Origin: Octopus vulgaris
Lineage: Eukaryota
Reading direction: 5' to 3'
Assembly (NCBI GenBank): GCA_951406725.2
Contig: OX597828.1
Location: 19,592,001-19,656,000, forward strand
Length of the DNA: 64,000 nucleotides
Position numbers and translations under genes: made by a program. This document shows positions 40,061-52,568 of the stretch, one piece after another; within the stretch, counting starts at the first letter, position 1, and each line of letters begins with the position of its first letter. The notes under the pieces were generated by a model. The model had not been told where the DNA came from. It ran no database searches and saw only the letters and a program-made list of their open reading frames with translations.

Positions 40061-40091
<31 letters not shown>

Positions 40092-40115
40092 TATATATAT
40101 ATATATATATATATA
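39912..40115. repeat. (TTC)n(ATC)n(TTC)n(TA)n compound microsatellite
   Basis: Read directly from the sequence. Confidence 0.9.
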
Positions 40116-41153
40116 CATAATATTCGTAGCTGATTCAACATGGCTGTTCCGTTCGAACAGACTTTACTGCGATTTTTTAAACCCAAGAGAACATCAAATT
40201 TAGCTTGTTAACGATGCAAAACTGCATCCGATATATTTTGAACAGGGAAGCGAACCCCTACCATCTTCGAGCGACGAGATAAGCATGCCAGTCTAGTCTG
40301 GTTCCGGTTATTTCTGCCTCGCTTCAGTACTGGATACCTCATCTGCTAGAGATGGCAGTAGCTTGCTTCTGCTTGCAATATATATAAATTAAAGCGACAT
40401 CCTCTTGGGGTTAAAAAATCGGCCACCAGAAAGAACGCCTTATACACTGATCAGTACTACTGGTAGCAGATGTGAACTACACAAAGTAACGTTTATGGAA
40501 GAAATCTTCCTATAGTTTACATAGCAATTGATGTCGCGTTAGCAAAGTTAGTCAAATCACACTGATGTCTTGAGAAAACTAATGAGTTCTAGTTTCACTT
40601 TCAGTCACTATTATTACTTAAAACGTTACACTCGCTGTTAGTGTTGAAACATTTATCAAAAATGGCGACTCTGAACGTTTTGTGCCGCACCCTTTAGAAT
40701 GTAGTGACAATACACAAGTGAAAATAGTTTGTGAAGAAGCGGCAATAAAGGACAGCTCGAACCGTTTTTATTTAATGCTGGTTACTATGCCTTAAGAACC
40801 AATAACAATAGAAATTTTCAGTGAACACGTTAACACACGCACACGCACATACACACACACACACACACGCGCACGCCCACACTCATTGATACGAAGACAT
40901 TTAAATTAAAACGTAGATTTATATATGTACATGCATGTACATTATTTTAAGTGGCATTTTACTGAAAAAGGCTTGTCAATTAAATGAACGAATTCAATTA
41001 GATAAATTACTAAATTACTTAGGTTAACCTTGATTACATTAGATGAGGTATGTACAGAGGTTTAGGTAGATGTGTATATGTATGCGTGAATGTGTGTATA
41101 TATGTATGTGTATGTATATATACATATATATATATATACACACACATATATAT

Positions 41154-41223
<70 letters not shown>

Positions 41224-41255
41224 ACAGTATACATGCCAGCATATATATATATATG

Positions 41256-41305
<50 letters not shown>

Positions 41306-41996
41306 CATATATATATATATATGTATGTATGTATGCATATGTGTGTGGTGTGTGTATATATACATGCATACATATGCATATATATACACACACATATATA
41401 TATACACACATGTATACGTATACTTCCAGTACACATGAACATAATAGCGTATGTGTGAGTGGATGTGTGTGTGTGTGTGTGTACGTGTGTGTGTATGTTT
41501 GTGCGTATGCTGAAATGACAATGTGCATTTCGTTGCAATTTTACAGAATGACAATAAAATCGATCAATTTGATGTTCGTGTGTAGTAGGATATACCTCTT
41601 ATGTCGACGCTAAATGAGCGAATTCGAGTTGTGCAATCAATGAAGCTAATTACTTGTTGAATTGTTAGGTAATTGACCGAGCATTGTGCAGACATTTAAT
41701 TTAATGTCCAAGCAGAATGTACACACACACCCACACACCCATGTATGTGTATGTAGCACCGTTTCGTCAAAACTACTGGATTTGATGTGTACAGTAACAG
41801 ATTGGCTGCTAATTTTTGAGAGATTAATCAAGTGGTGTAAATACCTCTGACGAGTCCCCAATAAGGTTTGAAAATTGATTAAGGATGTTCATCAATTTTT
41901 TCTTTCTCTCTACGGAGAACTGGTTACATTAGTCATGAGTGTAATGAAACTGCATGGACTGAGATACCTGTTGATAAGGCGCTGATATAAAGTGTG

Positions 41997-42175
41997 AAGG
42001 GAGCTAGCTGGCAAAATGTTTAGCGTCTGGGCATAAATATCGCTGGGGGTCAACATTGCTTTTCATCCTTTCAGCAACGATAAAATAAGTACCAGTTGAG
42101 CACTGGTGTCAATGCAACTGACTTATCCCCCTCCTCCCGTAATTGGGGGCCTTGTGCCAAAATTTGAAACCGATA
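41997..42175 (+). mobile_element. SINE family B, diverged
   Basis: agctggcaaaatgtttagc...ttttcatcctttc...aagtaccagttgagcactgg...ggccttgtgccaaaatttgaaacc. Confidence 0.7.
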
Positions 42176-42181
42176 TTAAAT

Positions 42182-42273
42182 AGGCGCAGGAGTGGCTGTG
42201 TGGTAAGTAGCTTGCTTACGAATTACATGGTTCCGGGTTCAGTCCCACTGCGTGGCACCTTGGGCCAGTGTCT
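42182..42273 (+). mobile_element. SINE family A, head only
   Basis: aggcgcaggagtggctgtgtggtaag...gcaccttgggccagtgtct. Confidence 0.85.
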
Positions 42274-42407
42274 GGGTACTAAAACCGGATGTTACTTAAA
42301 TTTCCTGTTATCCAACATCTATTCTTCGTACCCTGTACGAAACCGATTGGTAGAATTGGCTGAAACGGATCCATAATATTGTATACTTTGATTATTATAT
42401 CCACTCT

Positions 42408-42547
42408 ATTTCTCAAATTCTGCCGAGCTCGACTTTGCCTTTCATCCTTCGGGGTCGATAATATAAATGACAGTCGAGTACTGAGGTCGATGTAAATCGA
42501 CTTACTCCCTCGACTTACCTCGCCTTGTACCAGAATTTGAAAACAAT
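42408..42547 (+). mobile_element. SINE family B fragment
   Basis: caaattctgccgagctcgactttgcctttcatccttcggggtcgataa. Confidence 0.7.
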
Positions 42548-42589
42548 AGCATCCTTTTCCTGACATAGGGATTCTTTGACGACTATGTA

Positions 42590-42798
42590 CAAGGGGCTGC
42601 TGAAATGTTCCTGGCTTTAAAGCTATCACAAAAGGTCTGTTGGAGGCCCAAACTTCCGAGTTCTTTTTATAGGGCTTAGAAAAACTGAAGAACCGCTGTG
42701 TGAATATGAGAAAAGAATATGCTGAATAAAATTATGATTAACTGAAGCTCCTGTATTTCTTTGTACCCAAATCCAGGAATTCTTCAGTGACCCCCTCG
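42590..42798. mobile_element. mariner-type MITE (about 210 bp)
   Basis: TA flanks; imperfect TIRs caaggggctgctgaaatgttcctggcttt / aaatccaggaattcttcagtgaccccctcg. Confidence 0.72.
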
Positions 42799-43639
42799 TA
42801 TGTGTGTGTGAACCTACATAGTGCACAGAAAAATATGGCAAATTTAACTTAACCATTTCTCCGTAAATTTGAAACAAGGATAAATAACCAAGATCGATGC
42901 TATAGTACCCAGAGCGAAAGCGATTGCTAAGATCAGCTGTAATTGACCTCTAATACTGTATACTTTCATTAATACACACACAGAGTTACGTACACACACA
43001 CGTACACACACACACACGCACGCACGCACACACACACACACACCACACACACACACAATTATCTCGTTGTTCTTCGATGTTTGCTATCAACAAACAAAGC
43101 GGCGTGATTTCCTCTGGCAGTCATATGTTTTTGTTAACACAGAGTAAACGAGATTCTTAGTTCTTTATCAATTTCCTGAAGACAACCATCAGTAAGAACT
43201 CAACACAGAGAGATACCACGTTGTAGACGCCATGATAGTTAATAGACAGTACAACTCACGCAATATACACATATATACACAGGGATAAAGATAGGGTGGA
43301 CATATTTTCATCAAGTTTCCAATATTTTTGTACTGACGATAAAACGATCACCTTTGAATCGAAAAAAAAAACCGCAAGGAATCTTGGGTGAGAAATCATT
43401 GATTAAACTGATTAAAAGAGTATTCTTTAAAAAAAAAATGATGCCAGTTCTAAATTTCTATCTGATTTGAAATGAACCCAAAATGTTATCAATTTTTACG
43501 CTTATTTTCAAATGTTTCTTCTTGGAGTTTTTATCACATTTTTATTTTATCTATGAACAAAAGAATTTATTATTTTTTTGTCTTTTTTTTCCAAGTATTT
43601 TTGGTTTTGTAAATGTTTCATTTCCTCTCTTTTCCTCTC

Positions 43640-44010
43640 TTTTTTTACTTGTTTCAGTCATTTGACTGCGGTCATGCTGGAGCACTGCCTTTAGTCGAAC
43701 AAATCGACCCCGGGACTTATTCTTTGTAAGCCTAGTACCTATTCTATCGGTCATTTTTGCCGAACCGCCAAGTTACGGGGACATAAGCACACCAGAATCG
43801 GTTGTTAAGCAATGCTAGGGGGACAAACACAGACACACAAACATACACACACACACATATATACATATATACGACGGGTTTCTTTCAGTTTCCGTCTACC
43901 AAATCCACTCACAAGTAGAAGACACTGGCCCAAGATGCCACGCAGTGGGACTGAACCCGGAACCATGTGATTGGTAAGCAAGCTGCTTACCACACAGCCA
44001 CTCCTGCGCC
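43640..44010 (-). mobile_element. SINE family A, near full length
   Basis: Reverse-complement match to family A with a small internal deletion. Confidence 0.9.
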
Positions 44011-44104
44011 TACAAGTTCCTGTGGAATATCGCAGGAATATCTGAAATCTTTTAAGAATTTTACACTAATCATAGAAATTTACACTAAGAGGATTTACAC
44101 ACAT

Positions 44105-44355
44105 CCTCACCCACCTTCCCTCCAAATTGCAGGCCTTGTGTCTCTAGTAGAAACGATCATTATTATTATTTAGTCCCAAGATGGCAGCATTTCTCACAAC
44201 CCTTTACCTTCTGAGTTCAATCCCGCCGAGCTCACCTTTGTTTTTCATCCTCTCAGGATCAATAAGATAAGTATCTGATGAGTACTGGAATCGGTGTAGC
44301 AGATTAAACGTCTCCTCTTAAAATTGCTGGCCTGGTGCCAAAATTTGAAACTATT
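44105..44355 (+). mobile_element. SINE family B fragments (tandem, diverged)
   Basis: aggccttgtgtctctagtagaaacgatcattattatt then ttctgagttcaatcccgccgag...ggcctggtgccaaaatttgaaac. Confidence 0.6.
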
Positions 44356-44362
44356 CTAAGTC

Positions 44363-44512
44363 GCTGTGTAGTAAGTAGCTTGCTTACCAGCCACATGGTT
44401 CCGGGTTCATTCCCACTGTGTGGTACCTTGGGCAAGTGTCTTCTACTATAGCCTCGGGCCGACCAAAGCCTTGTGAGTGGATTTGGTAGATGGAAACAGC
44501 AAGAAGCCTGTC

Positions 44513-44554
<42 letters not shown>

Positions 44555-44773
44555 GTGTGTGTATATGTCTGTATTTGTCCCCCCAACATCGATTGACAAC
44601 CGATGGTGGTGTGTTTACGTCTCCGTAACTTAGCGGTTCGTCAAAAGAGACCGATAGTATAAGTACTAGGCTTCCAAAGAATAAGTCCTAGGGTCGATTT
44701 TCTCGACTAAAGGCGGTGCTCCAGCATGGCCACAGTCAAATGACTGAAACAAATAAAAGAGTAAAAGAGAGTA
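44363..44773 (+). mobile_element. SINE family A, full length
   Basis: gctgtgtagtaagtagc...gactgaaacaaataaaagagtaaaagagag. Confidence 0.9.
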
Positions 44774-45426
44774 ATATGATGTGATTTTGAAATATATTTG
44801 GTTGCTATTTGTAGCAAGTCAAGCTGCCATATAGAAAGTTCCTCGTGGAACCGGACGGTGCCGTCCATATAATGATACCAAATTATCAATAATTTAAATT
44901 TACGTTTTGATTTTTGTTCATCTTACAACTGGAATTTAAAAAAAAAAAATGGTTTTCTAAGTATTTTTAATTTTCCAAATATTTTCATATAATATCAGTT
45001 TTTCTTTCAAAGAATTCAATTTCCTTTCTATTAGCTTCATGTTCATCCAAAATTTTATTTATACGGTATCGAATTTCTAAAATAGCAAAAGATCAATTCT
45101 TCAAAGATGATGGCGATGATGGCGTCGACGACACCAACGATGTTGATCTGGTGCTAATAATGGTAGTTATGAACATAATGATTAATAACAAAATTTCCTG
45201 TTGCCGTTGGTGTTGTTGTTATAGACGTTATAGTTGTTGTTGTTGTTTGTGTTGTTGTTACAGCAAACTTAACTGTACAAAGACGTGTGATTCGTTTAAA
45301 CACCCTTTATTATGAAATTATCCAAAATAAATCATTATTGTATTAAATTTAGATTAAAACACTCGTCGAGTGTTACGATGTGTCATATTTTCTTATTTGC
45401 TTTTCGTTTTGTCTTTCCCGCCCATG

Positions 45427-45486
<60 letters not shown>

Positions 45487-46014
45487 TGTTTATATATATA
45501 GATATATATACGTATGTATATATATATATATATAATATAAATATATGTATATGTATATATGTATATATATATATATATATATATACATATATATATGTAT
45601 GTACGTATATATATATATTATATACATACTCACACATATACACACATGTATGTACGTATATGTATATATCTATATATCTATATATATATATATATATATA
45701 TACATACATGTACGGTTTTCGTTTTCGATTACAATTTTTGCTTTTCGTATTTATTTTAACCATGAAAACGAAACGAACTCAGTTTCCGTTCGGTTAGGAA
45801 GTGTTTAACTTACACATAATTTATAGGGTGCTTATGCGTAGAGGTGTTTATTCCGTACCTTGTGTGTGTATGTGTGTGTGTGTTTGTGTTTGAGCGCGTG
45901 ATCTTGTTTCTTTTAATTCCTTATTTCGTTTTCTCTTCTTTAGATGTATGTTACTTTCTAAACTTTTAATTCGATCCAAACATCGGGATTAAAGGAACAA
46001 TATTAATGGCTCAT

Positions 46015-46583
46015 AAAGGCGTGCGAGCTGGCAGAGTCGTTAGCACGCCGGGCGAAATGCTTTGCCGAATTTCGTCTGCCGCTACGTTCTGAGTTCAAAT
46101 TCCGCCGAGGTCGACTTTACCTTTCATCCTTTCGGGGTCGATTAAATAAGTACCAGTTACGCACTGGGGCCGATATAATCGACTTAATCCGTTTGTCTGT
46201 CCTTGTTTGTCCCCTTTTGGGTAGTAAGGAAATAGGGATTTCGTCTGCCGTTACGTTTTGAGTTCAAATTCCGCCGAGGTCGATTTTACCTTTCATCCTT
46301 TCGGGGTCGATTAAATAAGTACCAGTTACGCACTGGGGTCGATATAATCGACTTAATCCGTTTGTCTGTCCTTGTTTGTCCTTTCTGTGTTTAACTCCTT
46401 GTGGGTAGTAAAGAAATAGGTATTTCATCTGCCGCTACGTTCTGAGTTCAAATTCCGCCGAGGTCGACTTTGCCTTTCATCCTTTCGGGATAGATAATTT
46501 AAGTACAAGTTTCGTACTGGGATTGATATAATCGACTTGCCCCTCCCCCAAAATTTCGGGCCTTGTGCCTTGGGTAAAAAAGG
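46015..46583 (+). mobile_element. SINE family B trimer (one head plus three bodies) with 16-bp TSD
   Basis: Bodies restart at atttcgtctgcc near 46069, 46218 and 46422; TSD aatattaatggctcat at 45999-46014 and 46584-46599. Confidence 0.9.
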
Positions 46584-46604
46584 AATATTAATGGCTCATT
46601 GCAA

Positions 46605-47457
46605 AAACACAAGGCCTGGAATTTGTATTACAGGAATAGTCGGTTATATCAACTTCACTATTTAGTGGTATTTTATTTTTAGTGATCCACAAGGAACGAA
46701 AGGTAAAGTTGAGCTCGGTATAATTTGAACTCAAAACATATAGAGACAGAAAAAATGTTGCAAAACCTTTTATCAGTTACTCTTCAAATCATGACTCTTG
46801 AATTAATAATCAACTATAGGCTCAAGACCTGAAATTATTGGGTCGAGAGCCAGTCGATTTCATTGATCCCAGCATTTAACTGGTACTTACTTCATCGACC
46901 CCCGAAAAGATGAAAGGCAAAGTCGACCTCTAAGAAATTTGAACTCAGCTCGTAAGGACAGAAGAAATACCACTAAACTTTTTTTCCGGCGTGCTAGCGA
47001 TTTTCTTAGCTCGTCGCCTTAAATGGATCCTTTCTACTATAGGCACAAGATCTGAAACTTTGTGGGTGGGGGCTAGTCGAATACATCAACTCCCGAAAGG
47101 ATGAAAGGCAAAATCGACCTCGGTGCAATTTGAACTCTGGATGTAAAGACATGAAATGCCACTAAGAATTTTTTTCCGGGTTGCTAACGATTCTGCCAGC
47201 TCACCGCCTTATACTACTACTAATAATAATAATGATGCTTCCTGGTTTAGGCACAAGTTATACAAATATTTTTGAGGGGATGTGGTAAGTCTAAACAATC
47301 CATCCGAAAAAAGACTGTATTTGGCTTCATTAACCCCAGATGGATGAAATGCAAAGCTAACCTCGGTGAGATTTGAACTCAGAACGTAAAGAGACGGGAG
47401 ACACCCCGAAAAGCATATTTTTTCCTACGCTCTAATAAATCTGCCAACTCGCCGTTC
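46605..47457 (-). mobile_element. Tandem cluster of four diverged family-B SINEs
   Basis: Recurrent gaaaggcaaagtcgacctc...tttgaactc...gccagctc(g/a)ccgcc at roughly 200-250 bp spacing. Confidence 0.75.
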
Positions 47458-47546
47458 TATGAGCAATAATAACGATTCCACTATTTATTGACAGGGGCCC
47501 ATCCACGTACACGCATTGGCTGTGTGGTAAGACGCTTGCTTCCGCG

Positions 47547-48230
47547 CATTCGTTACTCAGAGTGCATTTGGTTTGTCGTTTGTGTCGGACGTTGGTATTT
47601 GTTAAGGTTTGAGGATAGAGACAATGTACTCAGACTTTAGCAGGTCTGAGTTGTCTTCAGCAGAGGAGGAGCTCGTGAGGGCGGTGGAAAAAATGGATAA
47701 AATATTAGAAAAAAGGAGTTTTGCTGAGGCTGCGGAGGTTAAGAGAAGGGAAGTGAACCTGGTTATACTGAAGGAGTACGGGAAGATGATACAGAAGGTG
47801 GGCAGCGACGTGAAGTTGTCGCCGCCTAAAAGAATTATGGAGAACATGGAAAAGAAGACCATCACCTACAAGGTACACTCCTTGGAGAATAAGAGGTTTG
47901 AACAGGAGGAAACGGAAAAAAATAGAAAAGGCACTGAGGAACAATCGAGCCAAATTGCGTATATAACAAGAGGAAGTGGTTGTCCAGTTTAGGACAGTGG
48001 AAGAGGCGAGGGTAGCGGCGAGGACGGAGGAAGTAGTGCTTCGGCCCACGTATCTTGGAAGAAAGACTTCCAAGGTGAGGGTAGAAGCAAATCCACCGGA
48101 TATAGAAGTGGCTTGGGTAGCGGCAGCTGTCCTTGTTGGAAACGAGAAGGTGGCTGTCCTCCAAGTCACAGAAACAGAAGGAGGGTGGAAAGGAAGGACA
48201 CTTCAACTAATTATTCAGGCGGAGGAGGGT
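47547..48230 (+). mobile_element. Probable 5' end and ORF1 (gag-like) fragment of a non-LTR retrotransposon
   Basis: Purine-rich coding-like block; ORFs 47609-47992 and 47976-48311 read as one frameshifted protein (...VVQFRTVEEARVAA...PTYLGRKTSKVRV...); starts cattcgtt. Confidence 0.5.
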
Positions 48231-48593
48231 CAATATTTTTCTTTGTTTCTAAAAACTTTTAAAATGCATGTGCCTGTTGACAAAACTTTCGAAATTCTTG
48301 CAGGTGTATAAACTACAATTTCATTCGCGATTAATACGCCTTTCTATTAAAAAACATAAGCATTGCTTAATATTATAATTCCTGTTATGATACAATTGGT
48401 GGGTATAGTGTCTAAAAATATCACTAAATGACTTTGTACAATCAGGATAGCAAATTAACTTAGTAAAACTACAGAAGGCATACCTCCAAGGTACAGTTAC
48501 AATGCTGTGATGTGTACTGAATATTAAAAGATGCTGTTAGCGGCTTGAACAAAACCAGAAGAATCACCAACACCTCCGACTTGGCAAACAGAA

Positions 48594-48646
<53 letters not shown>
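48230..48646 (+). mobile_element. Old R4/Dong-like LINE 3' end with (TAA)n tail
   Basis: HVPVDK, IIIPVMIQLVGIVSK and LQKAYLQGTVTML parallel VSIPADD, TIPIIVGALGMIKK and IQKIALLGTAHIL of the young copies; followed by (AAT)n. Confidence 0.6.
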
Positions 48647-48648
<2 letters not shown>

Positions 48649-48899
48649 TAGTAGTAGTAGTAGTAATATTAATGTGGGAAGATTTCTTTCTGTCGAAGTG
48701 TAAAACAAATACGTTATGATGAGGTGAGAATATTTAATTTCGATCTGCTTATTTTAATTAAATAATATAAATTACAGATTTCTAACATTAGCACAATTCT
48801 ACAAACTGCTTGCGAGGTAGGGGTGGGGAAGGGGGTGATGAGTTTTATTAATCGATAATCGTTTCTGTCTATTTTTAATTAGTTATTGGTAAGATCATT

Positions 48900-50300
48900 T
48901 TTGGGGGTTAGAATGGAACTTGTTCTGTTCAAAGAATCATAGTTGTCTTTCATATCACCGAATTCTTGGAAAATTTAGTGAAAATTTCCTAGTTTCAGAC
49001 GCTCTTTGCTAGCAGTTTTTTTTTTTTCGGTTTCATGTACCTCGTTATACTTTTATAAGTTATGGTTTTTAGCTATTGATTTTATTAAGGATTCAAATTT
49101 TTTTCCCTACTTTCGGCTGGATGTTCGTTTTCCTTGTTTGCTTCAGCATAAATATTCTTGTATGAGTAAATCCGAAGAAACACCCATTTGCTTTTGTAAT
49201 TACCGTTGCTACTGCATATATTATTTCGTGTATTGATCTCCGTGTATGCTTTCAATATATCTGCAACTCTCAGCCTTGCAATTATTTTTTTTTATCTTTG
49301 TTGCTATTTCATCGTTCAGTTTTTACAATTGGAAATTCCTTTCGTGGTCAGTAGGAAAATCTTCTATTGATTATAGTAATATAATTATTTCAACCTATAC
49401 ATTACCATAGTCACTATTTCCATGTTTACAATTTCCTATTCTTAAAGCTAAATCAGGTTTTCTTTTATTTAGTTTTACATTTTGTTCCGCTTCGGTTGTT
49501 GCTGATTAATATTCTGTATTCTACAGATGTCCTAAGGTTTTGTTTTTGTCCCTTGGTTCCCAAGAGTTTGGTCGATCTTCATGCATTAACTCAATGGTTA
49601 TATTCATACTGTTTGTTACATTTACATTATTTCTGTTTTCATTATGTGATATTTTGTTTAAGTATTCTATTTCAGTTTTTGACACTTTGAGAATGAAAGA
49701 ACCTGTTTAAGCGAAAACATAAAAGGAAAAACAGTCTTCAGTGTGAGAATGTGGTTTGAGGGGCCACCCCCGCCCCTGCTTCATTTTTGCTTTAAGCATT
49801 CGATTTTTTGAATTTATCAAAATTCTATTTTTGTATTTTTAACGTTCATCCTTCACTCTGTTACCCCCCCCATTCGATCCCCGATCCCTTGTCTGTTTAC
49901 CTGTCCTTGATTTCGTCCCCTGTCCATTTAAACCGCTTATGGTGAATAAAGAAAAGAGTTTCTGACACTTTACTGGTTTTGAGACTGCATCATATTAAAG
50001 TTACTTCTTTTGATTCTATGTCACTTCTAGATCAAGGTTATGCTTTATTCTCCAAATTTTATACGAGAATACTGTCGTAGTTTCGTTTTCACTTTTGGCG
50101 TTGGGTATAGCAGAGGAATATTCACATAGAGGAATAGAAACGTATTCCTTTAGTGTCCTTTTATGCCTTTCTTTCTAGCTTTATTGAGTTTTGCACGCTC
50201 CATTTCCATTCCCTTTAAGCATTGATTTCAAAGTACGCGATTCCCTTATAAGAATGGGCTGAACAATATGGCTCACTTTCTTGTGAGGAGAGGATTGAAT
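48900..50300 (-). mobile_element. Possible decayed N-terminal region of an R4/Dong-like ORF
   Basis: A-rich reverse strand with relics RHKRTLKEYVSI, YKIWRIK, IHEIIYAVATVI and QPK..KKFESLI; weak. Confidence 0.3.
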
Positions 50301-50559
50301 AGGTTCGGTGTTGATATTCGTTCTCCTTTAGTTTCTTTACACGTGACATCCAATATGGTAGCCAGTACGAACCTTTGTAAGATATTATTTATGCGGAATA
50401 AAGATCAATAAATTTTACAAGTAGTTCCAAATCAAATTTATCCTTGAAAATTCTCGTCAATACTTCGATTCAATTCGCTGCAATTTACTCGGTATTAAAG
50501 GATATTTCTAGGAAGTGGCAAGTAATGATCTCTAATATTAAACTACTTGTATTCATGTC

Positions 50560-50792
50560 GCGGGTTGGGCAAATGCTTAGCCATTTTTCTTCCGGTCATT
50601 TACAATCCGAGTTCAAATTCTGTTGAGGTCGATTTTGTTTTTTAATCAGTTAAGTAATGACATTTATGTAATCGATTAATCCGTTCCACTTAAGCTGTAC
50701 CAAAATTTGAAACCTGGCATTTTATTTTGCCAAAGGATCCTCTCATTAATTCTTTTATTCACCCAACTTATTCTAAGTTTATAGTGGAAAAG

Positions 50793-50870
<78 letters not shown>

Positions 50871-51160
50871 TTGCCTTTCATCCTTTTGGGGTCGATAAAC
50901 ACTGGAGTCGATGTAATCGACTATCCCCCTTCCCCCCAAATTTCAGGCCTTGTGCCCATAGTAGAAAAGATTATTATTATTGGCAAGCTGGCAGAATCGT
51001 TAGCAAGGAGGGCGAAATGCCCGTCGCTACGTTCTGAGTTCAAGTTCCGCCGAGATCAATTTTGCCTTTCATCCTTTCGGTGTCGTCAAATTAAATACCA
51101 GTTGCATACTGGGTTGATGTAATTGACTGGTCCCCTCCCTCCAAATTTCAGACTTTGTGC
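50560..51160 (+). mobile_element. Cluster of family-B SINE fragments separated by (ATT)n tails
   Basis: Repeated gagttcaaattc, ttttgcctttcatcctt and gtagaaaagattattatt. Confidence 0.7.
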
Positions 51161-51174
51161 AAACGGTATCATCC

Positions 51175-52215
51175 TATCTGTCCCCAAGGACCCAACAATA
51201 ATTGGCACTATCTTCACCTTCTTCATTTTCTACAGTCAGGCTATTTCATACTTAAGAGGATTGTATATATCTATTTTTTCGCCTTTCTTGGGTCAAAGGG
51301 GCATGCAACATCAACTATATAGCACAGGTGGTGCATCTTGCCCACTAGGTCCGATCTGTTATCTTCTAGCACATGATCTGTTTGGATCGGGAAATCCCAG
51401 AGGAATTTCTAGGTCTCTGACTCCGCCACTCTCTGCGATTTGTACTCATATCACGTCTTGCCTCTCTTTACCGCCCCCACTTTTCTCCCAGTTTCCAATG
51501 TTACACTTTCACTTATCGTCACAACTTGAAATGGTTTTGGGTAAGTCTAAGGCATTCGTTCGCGATATGAGCAATGGTTTCGTCCACTCTGTTACAGATG
51601 CGGCACAGTGGAGACATTTGCTCATTCGTAAGATTGACGCTCCAATTCGTGGTCAAAGCTTGGTCTTGCGCTGCCCATTTAGTTCTCTCAGTCTCTTTTT
51701 TCAGTGTCCCTTTTTTTCAGCCAATCCCATCTGTTTCCCAGCAACTACAGTTGTGGCTGCGTAGAATTGATTGTGTAGGCCCTTGTTGCTTAATGCTTCT
51801 TCATGTACTTTTTGTACATCCTTTTTTTGGTCCCTTTTTCCAGCTTTCAATACTCACTAAATTCCTAACAGACATTTGCAAGCTTTCCTTAGTTTGGGGT
51901 CTCTCATTAACCTCCCGAGTTCGATATGTATGCAATCTTTTACATTTATCAGTCCCCTTTCTCCATTTGCTCTCTTCGTGTATTGGCAGACCAGTGTCTG
52001 CACTGGTTGCCAATATGGGCTCTAGGCATCGTTCGGAGTTTTCTCGTCTTCCTGTCAAACTCCTTTAGCTCCTACTCTGTCTCCTTCAGTATTCAAGAGA
52101 AATACCGAACTACTGCGACTGCGCGCGAGTTTATTACCGAAATTATGTTACTGGCATTCAGCTTTGAAGCAAATAAGTTTCTCTCTCGTCGCAGGCGTTC
52201 TTTCTTTGTCTTTTT
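51175..52215 (-). pseudogene. Older decayed R4/Dong-like LINE (post-RT region, CCHC, RLE)
   Basis: Reverse complement gives NIISVINSRAVAVVRY, ELKEFDRKTRKL, AAQDQALTTN, CRICNRVDETIAHIANEC, FLWDFPIQTD, CYIVDVACP and VKIVPIIVGSLG. Confidence 0.85.
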
Positions 52216-52337
52216 CTTTCATATGATTGATTGATTCTAGTTTCAGCTCATGAGCTGTGGCCATGCTGGGGCACCGCCATCGTTGTATTTCATTTCATTT
52301 ACCTCAAGTATTCCCAGGTATTTATAACCGGATTCAG

Positions 52338-52393
<56 letters not shown>

Positions 52394-52395
<2 letters not shown>

Positions 52396-52506
52396 CGCCG
52401 AGTTCGACTTTGCGTTTCATCCTTTCGGGGCCGATTAAATAAGTACCAGTTACGTACTGGGGTCCCCCTTCTTCTAAAATTTTCAAAGCCTTGCGCCCAG
52501 AGTAGA

Positions 52507-52507
<1 letters not shown>
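52394..52507 (+). mobile_element. SINE family B fragment between (ATT)n and (AAT)n
   Basis: ccgccgagttcgactttgcgtttcatcctttcggggccgattaaataagtaccagttacgtactgggg. Confidence 0.8.

Positions 52508-52566
<59 letters not shown>

Positions 52567-52568
<2 letters not shown>

Noticed and set aside
41843-41880. Hammerhead at ctgacgagtcccc...gaaa
   Set aside because: Stem II closure and the sequence after GAAA are broken; too degenerate to call
46015-47457. CRISPR-like regularly spaced repeats
   Set aside because: Units are SINE bodies of about 150-250 bp without unique spacers; eukaryotic context and no cas genes
51123-52234. Plus-strand ORFs of 213, 164 and 102 aa
   Set aside because: They are antisense shadows of the decayed minus-strand LINE
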